A DNA stretch of 64,000 bases from a virus: positions 1 through 64,000 of the IMG/VR virus record IMGVR_UViG_3300042691_025170; one strand, written 5' to 3'. Shown piece after piece: positions 9,715-20,100 of this stretch. Under the pieces are notes generated by a model, which searched no databases, was not told the origin of the DNA, and worked only from the letters and a program-made list of their open reading frames with translations. The position numbers and the translations under genes are program-made. The stretch's first letter is position 1. Each line of letters starts with the position of its first letter.

Positions 9715-10640
9715 AAATATATAATTTTTACATAGATAAAAATACTTGTATAATCAACTATGAATCTATAGTAAGTGAACAATTAAAAGTGAAGATAGTT
9801 GTGTCTGATTTGTCAATAGATTGTCCATTATATGTTTTTGATAATGTAACGGGTCACGATGGTTGGATATCACCGGTTAGTGAAAAGTTGAAGAATATCA
9901 TATTGAATAATTCCGACTATTCTGGTTTTTTAATAAAAGTGTATGACGAAAATTTAAGACTAATTCAAACAGAATCCTTATCACTTAATAAACAAAACAA
10001 TAAGCAATATAAACATTACTATACAGATTCATTGGATGCAACTGGCCCTTCCTATATAGACTTTTTTTATGGAGATTTATGCGAAAACATGGATGTGTCC
10101 GATGTTGTTGTAGATGCTGGTGCTAATGTAGGATTTTTTACATTATATGCAAAAGAAAATGGAGCCAAAAGAATCTATAGTATAGAACCAGATCCATCAC
10201 CATATTTTTATTTGCACAAAAATTTTAAGAACGATGAAAATGTTTTGTTAGTAAACAAAGCATTGAGCGATACAACTAATGATATTAGTTTTGATATAGC
10301 AATAGGAACATCTGTTGCCAGTAGTGAGTATCTGAAAAATAATTTTCCAGAAGCACAGGTTTACAAAACAATTGTTAAATGTATTGATGTTAATACCATT
10401 CTGAATATAGAAGATAGTATAAATCTTTTAAAATTGGACATAGAGGGTACTGAATTTAGAGTCATAGATAAGTTAAACGAAAAGGACTTTAGTAGAATAA
10501 ATCAATTTTTTATAGAATTTCATAATAATCCCAAACCGATAGAAGATAAATTATCAAAGAATGGTTATGTAGTTGAGTACAGACATTGTAATCAAAATGA
10601 TTTAGTTGGTTTCATATATGCTTATAAACCTAAAAAATAA
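9711..10640 (+). CDS. FkbM-family methyltransferase
   Basis: VVDAGANVGFF, YSIEPD, LLKLDIEGTE, FIEFH. Confidence 0.9.
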   Translation: MKIYNFYIDKNTCIINYESIVSEQLKVKIVVSDLSIDCPLYVFDNVTGHDGWISPVSEKLKNIILNNSDYSGFLIKVYDENLRLIQTESLSLNKQNNKQYKHYYTDSLDATGPSYIDFFYGDLCENMDVSDVVVDAGANVGFFTLYAKENGAKRIYSIEPDPSPYFYLHKNFKNDENVLLVNKALSDTTNDISFDIAIGTSVASSEYLKNNFPEAQVYKTIVKCIDVNTILNIEDSINLLKLDIEGTEFRVIDKLNEKDFSRINQFFIEFHNNPKPIEDKLSKNGYVVEYRHCNQNDLVGFIYAYKPKK

Positions 10641-10641
10641 A

Positions 10642-12747
10642 ATGAATATAGTAAATGTTACACCCGGTTTAATTCCCATACCTCCTAATGGATGGGGTGC
10701 AGTTGAAAAAATAATTTGGGAAACGCATCTATGCTTATTGGACTATGGTCACAATTCTAAAATTGTTTATCTTGATGATATTCCAAAAGATACCGATGTA
10801 GTCCACATTCATGTAGCCAACTTAGCGAATGAAGCACATCGTAGAGGTATACCATATTACTTTACAATGCATGACCATCATGCATATTTGTATGGAAAAG
10901 ATTCCAATGTTTACCGAGAGAATTTAGAAGCAATAAAAAATGCAAAACGAGCATTTGTTCCTGCAAAATATTTAGTTGATTGGTTTGAAGGAATACCTGA
11001 ATACTTTTCACATGGTGTAAACACGGATTATTTTACAAATGATAAAACGACCACTATTCACAAACTATTATGCGTAGCTAATAACGGATTCATTCATGAC
11101 CAAGCAGAAGATAGAAAAGGATTCGGTTTTGCAATTGAGGCAGCAAAAAAATTGGGTATGGAAATTACAATTGTTGGACCTGATAACAACAAAAAATATT
11201 TTGAAAGATTCCCACCAAACTACTCAGGGTTAAAGATAATTTATAATGCATCGGAAAATGAATTGAAAAAAATATATAGTGAACATTCTGTGTTTATACA
11301 CGCGTCAGTATTAGAAGCAGGTCATCCCAATCTAACATTATTAGAAGCCATGTCTAGCGGATTGCCAGTATTAGCTACATTCGAAGAAAACAATTACTTG
11401 GATGGATTGATACAAATAGATAGGTCATCGGATAGTATTATTAGAGGACTAATGAAAGTGTTTTCAAGTTATCAAAAGTATTCAAAATTAGCTAGACATC
11501 AGGCTGAAAAAATGTCTTGGAAAAATAGAACTAAGGAATTATTGAAAATATATGGATTTGAACCAATTATAAAAACAATGGGTATGAAAGAACAATTGAT
11601 TAGACATTACAATAATACTAATGTAAATTACATACCTCCTAAAAAATATGTACCAAATATAAATATTAATAACATAGATGGTGCTTTTGTAGAAATATTA
11701 GGAGAAGGTGTGAAGGAATATGAGGTATTGTTTACAAATAACAAAACCGGTGAAATAGTTTTTTCAAATAGAATGAAACCAAATCATTGGTCACGGACTA
11801 ACATAAAATATTATGTAGATTGGAACATTAAAATTTATGATAATCAAGAACTGATATATGAGTACAATACTAACTACAAGGGTAAGACAGTTTATATAGC
11901 ATTAGATTCTAAATCTTTAGGAGATACAATAGCTTGGTTTCCGTATGTTGAAGAATTTGGTAAAAAGCATGAATGTAATATTATATGTTCAACATTTTGG
12001 AATGATTTTTTTGAAAAAGAATACCCACATATAAAATTTATAAAGCCGGGAGAAGTTGCCAATAATATAACAGCTATGTACACCATAGGTTTGTTCTACC
12101 ACTCAAATGGTGTAATAGACTCTGCTAAACATCCAAATAATCCTATAATTGGCCCTCTTCAAAAAGTGTCAAGTGATATATTGGGATTGGACTACAAAGA
12201 GATAAGACCTAATATAAAAACAGTTCGGAAAAACAATAAGTACTCTAAATATGTTTCAATAGGATTTCATAGCACTTGTCAAACAAAATATTGGAACAAT
12301 CCTACAGGTTGGAAAGATGTGTCAGAGTATTTAAAATCAAAAGGATTACAACCAGTTTATATATCAAAAGAAGGAATTGACTATATGGGTAACAAATATC
12401 CTGATGGAGTGACATCGATTATTCCAGAAGATATTAATGAAGCAATGTCCCTAATAGCTGGATCTGAATTTTTTATAGGAATATCCAGCGGACTTAGTTG
12501 GTTGGCATGGGCTATGGGTAAGAAAGTAGTTCTAATATCTGGATTTACTCAAGAAAACTTAGAATTTACAGATTGTATTAGAATAATAAACAAAAATGTT
12601 TGTACAGGCTGTTGGCACAAACACAAATTTGATCCAGGTGATTGGAATTGGTGCCCGGAACACAAAGGTACACCGAGGCAATTTGAATGCACAAAAACTA
12701 TAACTTCAAAAGATGTTATAGAAAAATTGGAAAAACTTATTGTCTAA
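10642..12747 (+). CDS. GT4 glycosyltransferase fused to an Aah/TibC-like autotransporter O-heptosyltransferase (BAHT) domain
   Basis: N-terminal GT4 motifs IPPNGWGAVEKII and EAGHPNLTLLEAMSSGLPV. C-terminal half has KYYVDW, SLGDTIAWFPYVEEF..KH.C, FIGISSGLSWLAWA, VVLISGFT and the iron-finger CTGCW...WCPEHKGTPRQFECTKTIT. Confidence 0.85.
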   Translation: MNIVNVTPGLIPIPPNGWGAVEKIIWETHLCLLDYGHNSKIVYLDDIPKDTDVVHIHVANLANEAHRRGIPYYFTMHDHHAYLYGKDSNVYRENLEAIKNAKRAFVPAKYLVDWFEGIPEYFSHGVNTDYFTNDKTTTIHKLLCVANNGFIHDQAEDRKGFGFAIEAAKKLGMEITIVGPDNNKKYFERFPPNYSGLKIIYNASENELKKIYSEHSVFIHASVLEAGHPNLTLLEAMSSGLPVLATFEENNYLDGLIQIDRSSDSIIRGLMKVFSSYQKYSKLARHQAEKMSWKNRTKELLKIYGFEPIIKTMGMKEQLIRHYNNTNVNYIPPKKYVPNININNIDGAFVEILGEGVKEYEVLFTNNKTGEIVFSNRMKPNHWSRTNIKYYVDWNIKIYDNQELIYEYNTNYKGKTVYIALDSKSLGDTIAWFPYVEEFGKKHECNIICSTFWNDFFEKEYPHIKFIKPGEVANNITAMYTIGLFYHSNGVIDSAKHPNNPIIGPLQKVSSDILGLDYKEIRPNIKTVRKNNKYSKYVSIGFHSTCQTKYWNNPTGWKDVSEYLKSKGLQPVYISKEGIDYMGNKYPDGVTSIIPEDINEAMSLIAGSEFFIGISSGLSWLAWAMGKKVVLISGFTQENLEFTDCIRIINKNVCTGCWHKHKFDPGDWNWCPEHKGTPRQFECTKTITSKDVIEKLEKLIV

Positions 12748-12811
12748 GAAACAAATCTATATTTATTGACAAACATATCCGCAACGAATATCGTTTTGGA
12801 AATAAAATTAA

Positions 12812-12818
12812 TATTTAT
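12812..12818 (+). promoter_or_regulatory. Putative phage late promoter core TATTTAT (a second copy lies at 12760-12766)
   Basis: The motif recurs upstream of structural genes. Confidence 0.5.
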
Positions 12819-12855
12819 TAGGAGAATTTAACAAAAATTTTAAAAATAAAAACAA

Positions 12856-15138
12856 ATGGCAGAAAAAATAGTATCACCCGGAGTTTTCACAAGAGAGAAC
12901 GACCTTTCATTTTTAGCACAAGGAGTAGCAGCAATTGGAGCAGCAGTTATTGGCCCGTTTAATGAAGGCCCTCTAACACCCACAGTTGTAACATCCTTAG
13001 CAGATTTAGAAACATGGTATGGTAAAGTAGATGATACTTACTATACACCTCTTACTGTTCAAAATTATTTGAGAGAAGCAGGAACCGTTACGGTTTGTCG
13101 TGTTTCGGGTGTAGATGGATATACGGAACAGAATCCATTGATGTTAACAGTGTACAGTGGTTCTCAAAGTTCTTCATTGGGTCTATTATTTAATACAGAT
13201 AATGATGGTGTTTCATTTGCAACAGCATTCTCTGCACAAGTAACATCAAGTGCTAATTACGCATTTAATGTACCAAGTGCTAGTGTTGCTAGTGCATCCA
13301 TAAGTGCTTCATTATTCCCCACCGCAGCAAATACAATTGATGCAGTATTCGGTACAAATGCAAAAGGTTCAAAAGAAGCATATTCTTACGCATATTTTTC
13401 ACAAGCATGGACTAACTTAGGTTGGACACCTGCATCAGTATCAGGTTCTGTTTTGGGTGACCAATTATTTAACTATGATGCAGTGGAAGCAAACACTCCT
13501 GTAATCCAATCACAATTGATTTCAGGTCAAAGAACAAATATACTTCAGTTCTTTACATTGGGTGCAGGTGAAGCAACTAACACAAAAGTTAAAGTTCAGA
13601 TTTCGGCAATTAAGCCGGCAGGTATAGTACAAGGTTCTGATTATGGATTATTTACTATAACTGTACGAGCGTTTGATGACCTTAACAAAAGAAAAGTAGC
13701 ATATGAAACTTATTCTGGTGTTACTCTTGACCCGGCGTCTCCTAATTATGTTCTTCGTGTAATTGGTAACCGCTCTAAATCAATTGACACCAATGGTAAA
13801 GTAACTGAGTATGGTGATTTCCCGAATGTGTCAAAATATATTCGTTGTTGGAATGAAAATGATACCGATTGGGTAGCAGCAGAAGAAATACCTGTATCAG
13901 CAGTTCCTTTCGGACACGCTCCTTACAAATTATTCGTATCAGCAAGTGCACTTGACACAAGTATCCCTACCGCAACATTTGTAACAGCAAGTTCTACGGT
14001 AGCAGGTGGTATTGATTTAGACAACAATACTGATAACAAAATTTACATGAAGCCGATTCCTACCGGAGCAACTACTGGTTCTAACGCGGCATTCGGTCTT
14101 GATGCATCAAATGGTGGTAACTTGTCCCTAACAGGTTCTGTTTCTACAGATGTGGCAAAACGTCAGTTCGTAGTAGCATTCCAAGGTGGTTTTAACGGAA
14201 TGAATCCCACCACTACAATAAACAAAGGTACTGACATTACAGCAGCTAACGCACAAGGTTTTGACCTTTCAACAGCTACTTCTTCAGGTACTACTGCTTA
14301 TATGACTCAAATAAACGCATTAGCTAACGCTGATGAATATGATGTTAATCTAATCGTAGCACCGGGTCTTATCCGTTCACTACATTCAACTGTAGTAGAT
14401 GACCTTCTTGAGATGGTGGAAAATCGTGGTGATGCATTCTATATAATGGATGCAACCGAACAAGATGCTGACATATCGGCTGTTACCGCACAAGCACAGG
14501 CAGTTGATAGTAACTACGCAGCAATTTACTATCCTTGGGTTAAGGCAGTTAATACCAACACAAATAAATTAATGGCAGTTCCTCCTTCAGTTCTTCTTCC
14601 CGCAGTATATGCTGCAAATGATAGAATAACTGCAGAATGGTACGCACCAGCAGGTTTGAATCGTGGTGGTTTAGCAGGAGCAGTCTCTGTTCTTAACAAA
14701 CTTACTCAAAACGACCGTGACACTTTATACGAAGCAAAAGTAAACCCTATCGCTCAGTTCCCTGGACAAGGTATAGTAGCATTTGGTCAGAAGACGCTTC
14801 AAGATAAGCAATCAGCACTTGACCGCATCAATGTTCGCAGATTGTTGTTGACGGTTCGTAAGTATATCGCATCAGCATCTCGTTATCTCGTGTTCGAACA
14901 AAACACATCGGAAACCCGTCAGAGATTCCTCAACATTGTTAATCCTTACTTAGAAGGTATCCAACAACGCCAAGGTCTCTACGCATTCCGTGTACAGATG
15001 GATGAAACTTTGAATACACCTGATGTAATTGACAGGAATATTCTTAAAGGTGCAATCTTCTTACAACCTACGAAGACTGCAGAATTTATAGTAATTGACT
15101 TCAATATTCTTCCTACTGGAGCAACTTTTGAAGGGTAA
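12856..15138 (+). CDS. Contractile tail sheath protein (T4 gp18-like)
   Basis: SPGVFTRENDLS N-terminus; WYAPAGLNRG, KVNPI, FGQKTLQ..SALDRINVRRLL and PTKTAEFI C-terminal motifs. Confidence 0.95.
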   Translation: MAEKIVSPGVFTRENDLSFLAQGVAAIGAAVIGPFNEGPLTPTVVTSLADLETWYGKVDDTYYTPLTVQNYLREAGTVTVCRVSGVDGYTEQNPLMLTVYSGSQSSSLGLLFNTDNDGVSFATAFSAQVTSSANYAFNVPSASVASASISASLFPTAANTIDAVFGTNAKGSKEAYSYAYFSQAWTNLGWTPASVSGSVLGDQLFNYDAVEANTPVIQSQLISGQRTNILQFFTLGAGEATNTKVKVQISAIKPAGIVQGSDYGLFTITVRAFDDLNKRKVAYETYSGVTLDPASPNYVLRVIGNRSKSIDTNGKVTEYGDFPNVSKYIRCWNENDTDWVAAEEIPVSAVPFGHAPYKLFVSASALDTSIPTATFVTASSTVAGGIDLDNNTDNKIYMKPIPTGATTGSNAAFGLDASNGGNLSLTGSVSTDVAKRQFVVAFQGGFNGMNPTTTINKGTDITAANAQGFDLSTATSSGTTAYMTQINALANADEYDVNLIVAPGLIRSLHSTVVDDLLEMVENRGDAFYIMDATEQDADISAVTAQAQAVDSNYAAIYYPWVKAVNTNTNKLMAVPPSVLLPAVYAANDRITAEWYAPAGLNRGGLAGAVSVLNKLTQNDRDTLYEAKVNPIAQFPGQGIVAFGQKTLQDKQSALDRINVRRLLLTVRKYIASASRYLVFEQNTSETRQRFLNIVNPYLEGIQQRQGLYAFRVQMDETLNTPDVIDRNILKGAIFLQPTKTAEFIVIDFNILPTGATFEG

Positions 15139-15153
15139 TTTTTAAAAAGAGAA

Positions 15154-15160
15154 TATTTAT
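15154..15160 (+). promoter_or_regulatory. Putative late promoter core TATTTAT
   Basis: Recurring intergenic motif upstream of the tube gene. Confidence 0.5.
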
Positions 15161-15192
15161 TAATAAAGAATAACACTTAAACAGAAAATAGA

Positions 15193-15681
15193 ATGGCAGA
15201 AGTATTAGAGTTTGACAAAATATTTTACAAGAATTTTGAACCGAAACTTTCAAACAGATTCATCATGGAAATCAATGGAATTGATTCCTATCTTGTAAAG
15301 ACAGCATCTCGTCCAACTGTGACTAGCGAAGTAGTAGAGCTAGACCACATTAACGTGAAGAGAAAGATTAAGGGTAAGACAAATTGGGACGATATCACAA
15401 TATCTCTCTATGACCCGATTGTTCCTTCTGGTGCACAACAAGTAATGGAGTGGGTTCGTCAGTCTCATGAATCTTTAACAGGTCGTGATGGATACGCAGC
15501 TTTCTATAAGAAAGACATCAACTTTAAAATGTTGGGTCCTGTTGGTGATGTAGTTGAATTGTGGACACTAAAAGGTGCATTCATAACTTCAGCAAATTTT
15601 GGAGATATGGATTGGGCTGGTAACGATGTAATGAGTATTGAAGTTACCTTGTCTTACGACTACGCAATTCTCGAATACTAA
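15193..15681 (+). CDS. Tail tube protein (T4 gp19-like)
   Basis: Follows the sheath; 162 aa with NRFIM, WDDITISLYDP, WTLKGAF and LSYDYA motifs. Confidence 0.92.
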   Translation: MAEVLEFDKIFYKNFEPKLSNRFIMEINGIDSYLVKTASRPTVTSEVVELDHINVKRKIKGKTNWDDITISLYDPIVPSGAQQVMEWVRQSHESLTGRDGYAAFYKKDINFKMLGPVGDVVELWTLKGAFITSANFGDMDWAGNDVMSIEVTLSYDYAILEY

Positions 15682-15702
15682 TCCTTTTTTAGAGTTAAAA
15701 AC

Positions 15703-15740
15703 AAAATCTCTCTGCCAGTGGTGGGGAGATTTTTTATTTT
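15703..15740 (+). terminator. Rho-independent terminator after the tube gene
   Basis: AAAATCTCTCTGCC-AGT-GGTGGGGAGATTTT stem (with G-U pairs) followed by a T-run. Confidence 0.8.
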
Positions 15741-15773
15741 TATATACTTATATATAAACATAAAACATAAGTT

Positions 15774-16595
15774 ATGAACGAAGAAAAATCTATTGAACAA
15801 CAGGTTACACGTGGATTAGGAGTACAACCCACACAACCTAAAAAATCATTTCCATTTCCAGTAGAAGTAATATCTTTACCATCTAAAGGATTGGTATATA
15901 CTGAAACTAATCCTCTTTCAAAGGGAGAAGTAACAGTCAAATTAATGACTGCAAAAGAAGAAGATATTTTAACATCAACATCTCTTATTAAAAAAGGTAT
16001 TCAATTGGACAAATTATTGGAAGCAATAGTTGTTGAACCTGGTGTAAATGTAAATGATTTAATTATAGGTGATAAGAATGCAATCTTAATTTCTTCTCGT
16101 ATATTAGCTTTTGGACCAGAATATAAAGTTAACATAAATGATCCTGAAGATAATGAACCTACTGAGGTTAGTATAGATTTATCCAAAATAAAAGTTAAAG
16201 AAATAGATGATAGTATTTTAAATAGACAAAATGAATACGAATTTCAATTACCGATATCAAAAGTTGTTGTAAAGTTTAAAATACTAACACATGGTGATGA
16301 AATATCTATTAATAAAGATATTGAAGCCAGTCAGAAGGCTACAAAACAAAGTAATGAAATAACAACGAGATGGAGAAGGGTTATCACAGAGGTAGATGGA
16401 AACAGAGACTTTGGTTATATCAGTAATTTTGTTTCAAATCAATTATTAGCAGGTGATAGTAAAGAACTTAGGAAATACATAGGAAAAATTACACCTGATT
16501 TAGACTTAACATTTGATTATACATCACCGGTAACAGGCGAAACGGAGGCGCTAAAGATTCCATTTGGAATTGGCTTTTTTTATCCTACCGAGTGA
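15774..16595 (+). CDS. Tail assembly chaperone / T4 gp26-like baseplate hub assembly protein
   Basis: LPSKGLVY, MTAKEEDILTS and a C-terminal FFYP; lies between tube and tape measure. Confidence 0.75.
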   Translation: MNEEKSIEQQVTRGLGVQPTQPKKSFPFPVEVISLPSKGLVYTETNPLSKGEVTVKLMTAKEEDILTSTSLIKKGIQLDKLLEAIVVEPGVNVNDLIIGDKNAILISSRILAFGPEYKVNINDPEDNEPTEVSIDLSKIKVKEIDDSILNRQNEYEFQLPISKVVVKFKILTHGDEISINKDIEASQKATKQSNEITTRWRRVITEVDGNRDFGYISNFVSNQLLAGDSKELRKYIGKITPDLDLTFDYTSPVTGETEALKIPFGIGFFYPTE

Positions 16596-16794
16596 TTATT
16601 CAGTATACCTTCATAAGAAGATTTTTCAAATGGTTTATTATTCCAATGGAGGATTTAATTGGAATGATTTATATTATATGCCAACCAAATTACGAGAGTT
16701 CTATTGGAGAGAATTATTAGAGGCAAAGAAGGAAGAAAAAAATGAAATAGATAAGGCTACCAAATCGGCAAAATCTAAATCTATTAGACGATAA
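16564..16794 (+). CDS. Second tail assembly chaperone segment (gpT/gp51-like), possibly expressed by frameshift from the upstream ORF
   Basis: Overlaps the upstream gene at a T7 run; F.W.DLYYMP.KLR.FY motif; alternative ATG at 16630. Confidence 0.6.
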   Translation: MELAFFILPSDYSVYLHKKIFQMVYYSNGGFNWNDLYYMPTKLREFYWRELLEAKKEEKNEIDKATKSAKSKSIRR

Positions 16795-16820
16795 TTGTTT
16801 TGAACTTATATTTATAGAAT

Positions 16821-17093
16821 ATGAGTAATAATATGCCGAAAAAACTAAGAATAACAGAAGCAGGACTTATCCAACTATTCAAAACTTGGTTTTCTTCTAA
16901 ACTTAAAGGTAAAGAAGAAACAGTTTACGATAAGTTAGTAAAAGCTAATCCTGAAGTGGGAAAAGCGTGGAAAGATTTGGAACAATCTATAATAGATTCA
17001 CTTAAAATAACCTATAATATTAGGAAAAAAAATGGAAGAGATACCTCTGAATTGGAATCTATTGCTAAAAAAATGGGAATAAAACTTGAGTAA
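16821..17093 (+). CDS. Hypothetical protein
   Basis: 90-aa ORF preceded by TATTTAT (16809). Confidence 0.6.
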   Translation: MSNNMPKKLRITEAGLIQLFKTWFSSKLKGKEETVYDKLVKANPEVGKAWKDLEQSIIDSLKITYNIRKKNGRDTSELESIAKKMGIKLE

Positions 17094-17106
17094 AGTTTAA
17101 ATTTAA

Positions 17107-20100
17107 ATGGCAAAAACATCTAAACCTATTACTGTTTCTGAGGATGATTTAAAAAATTTAGATGCCATCCGTGAAAAATATCAAAAATTATCCGAACAAT
17201 ATGAGGAGATAAGAAGGAAAGGTGCTGCCATAACAAATGATGAAAAGCGTAGAAAAGCATTCTTAGAAAGAAAAATAGAAAGACAAGGAGCTTATTTAGA
17301 AAAATTAGAACAACAAGCTAAAATAGAGGAGGGAATTGCAAAAAGAACTGAAAAGTTTAATAAAAACTTACAAAGACAAGTAGAATCTTTAGGTGAAGCG
17401 GATGAAATATACAGCAGTATAGCTGAAAAAATTGGAAAGCAAAGTGAAGGTGGTGAATTAATATCACGTCATTATCAAACTCAAAAAGCTATATTAGCAG
17501 AAGTAGCTAGTTTATCAAGTGAAGCTGCGGGAAAAGATGCTGATAGACAAAAATTATTACAAAAAGCATTATCAGATTATAAAAAATATGAAACATCTGT
17601 AGCAAATACTGTACAACGCGTTAGTGAAGGTAGTTTATCTCAAGAAAAAGCAAATCTTGCTATAGCTAAAGCAAAAGCTGGTTATATGGAAAGTCTCGAA
17701 TCTTTAACTAACATGGGAGAAAAAGGAGAGCAACTTTTAGAACTATTTAAAGCTTTAGCCGATAATACGGTACAACTCGGATCGGCGGCAAGTAAAACGG
17801 CAGAAGCATTTAATATAATGGAAGATATGATGGCCAGAATGGGTAGTCATCTTCCAGTCATGAGTGAAATATCCGAAGTAATTAAAAAAGCCGAAGAAGG
17901 TGGCAAAGCATTTACAGTAGCAATGGCTGCATTGGGTGCTGTTGTTGGTTCTTTGGCTGGTAAATATCTTCTTGCATTTCCCCAAGCAAAAATACAAGCT
18001 CTCAACGAAATAAGTCAGAGTACAATAGAAACTGCTCGTGATGTAGCTAAGATTAAGTTTGATACTAAATTTATACCTGACAAAACGAGATTAGAGATAA
18101 ATAAAATGCTCGTTGAAAGTGAATTTGAACGATCAAAAGCAGTTAAAAAAGTAAACGATTTACAAACTAAAGGAAGTGCAGAATACAGACGTGTTTTACA
18201 AGGAGTAAATGTTGAAATACAACAGGGTGCAATGCAGTTTGCTGCAACGTCAAAAACTGCATTATTCGGAAAAGGTATTGGTAGTGTTGGGTATGCTAAA
18301 TCTCAGTTAGTAGCCGCAGGAGTTAGTGCCGAAGATGTTGCTAATAATATTAAGCAAGCGGGTGTTGTAATGGGTCAAATGCCATCAGCTGAAACTGCTG
18401 CTACAATGGCACTGATGGAAAAGAGGACGGGAGTTTCAGCCGAATCTATTGCACAAATAAATAAATCTTTTATAAAGTTAGATGGATTGAGTGAAACTGC
18501 GGCAATGAATATGCAACAGGGAATGACCGCGTTAGCAGAATCTTCAAATATACCATTAGACAATTTAATGCAAGAGGTTGCAGGTTCGGCTAAAAGTATG
18601 TTAGGATACGGTATTAAAAATACTTCTAACTTGATAAAGCAGGCAGCAGCTGTATCGAGTATGGGTGTTTCTTTCCAAGAAGTAGCAAATGCTGGAAAGA
18701 GTATGGTTCTAAACTATAAAGACAGTATAAAAGCAGAAATGCAGTTAAGTTCTTTACTAGGAGAACAAGTTGATTTATCTGAGGTTCGTGCACAAATGGC
18801 ATCCGGTGATTACAAAGGAGCTATTCAGTCTTTACAAGCACAGGGTTTGGATATTCAAGAAATGAATCAATTCCAACTTGAAGCTTTATCTCAATCTTTA
18901 GGTGGAATGGATGTTGGTACTATGACATCTTTGTTGACTGGAAAAATGAAAGAGCCGGGTGAATTAAAAGCTTCTGATGCTAAAGCAGCTGGATCAGAAT
19001 TTGCTGCAAAAAAGATGGCAGAAAAAGCTGAAATAGCACTTGGTAGTGCTGTTATACAAGCAAAAGATGCAAAAGCCCAAATACAATTTGACAAAGAAAT
19101 ACAAAAAGAAATATTAAATTCTGATTTCTACAATCAATACCAATTGAATCAGGCAGCATTAGATGTTGCTAATAGAAATTTAGAGGGAGCTATGGATAGA
19201 GCATGGAAAGCCACGGATACTTATGCACAATCTATAGCAGACTTAGCTAAATTAGATGTTGAAAAATCATTTACCGAAAATATAATACCAGCATTAAGTA
19301 GTGCTTTAGGAGCTGGTCTTTTTGCGGCAATGGCAGGTGGTGGTTTTGGTAAAATTTTTGGAGGACTTGGTAATCTATTTAAATTTGGTGGAGGAGCAGC
19401 TGGAGCAGCCCCAATGGGTGGCGCCGGTGGTGGATTAGCAGGAGGAGCAGGAGCAATGGGAGGTGCGGGTGCAGCACCAGCAGGAACTACCGGTATTGGA
19501 GGATTTTTATCAAACTTAGGAGCTGGTATAGGTAATTTATTAAAATCAATAGGTACGGGAGCTGGACAAGCTATCGGTGGATTTTTTCAAGGAATGACCT
19601 CCGGCTTATTAGCTTTTGCAAACGCTATGGCAACACCAACTCCTCTGTTTGGACTACCAGCTGGCTTAATTATAGTTGGAATGGCTATGGGTATAGCTAA
19701 AGCATTGGAAATAGCAGCACCGGGTATAAAAGCATTAACACCTTTATTATTAGGTCTTGCTTCAATAGTAGGTGATACTTTTGTCAAAGCAATGTATGCC
19801 GCGGGGCCAGTAATAACTGCAATATTTGAAGGAATGGGTAATGTTATAACAAGTGTTGGTTCTAGCATATCAGAAGTAATAACTACTGTAACAGACAGTA
19901 TCTATAAATTATCAAGTTTACCCGCAGAAAATTTATTTACATTAGGCGCAGGACTAACAGCTGTAGCCGCAGGTTTGGCTACATTTACAGGAGGACAAGT
20001 TGTATCATCTATAGGTGGCGCGATAAGTAGTGGCATTAGTTTTTTAACCGGCAGCGGTGGTGGAGATATATTCAGCAAATTAACTGAATTTTCTAACAAA

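Noticed and set aside
12778-12800. Imperfect hairpin TCCGCAACGA-ATA-TCGTTTTGGA before the sheath gene as a terminator
   Set aside because: The stem is mismatched and has no following T-run; too weak to call.
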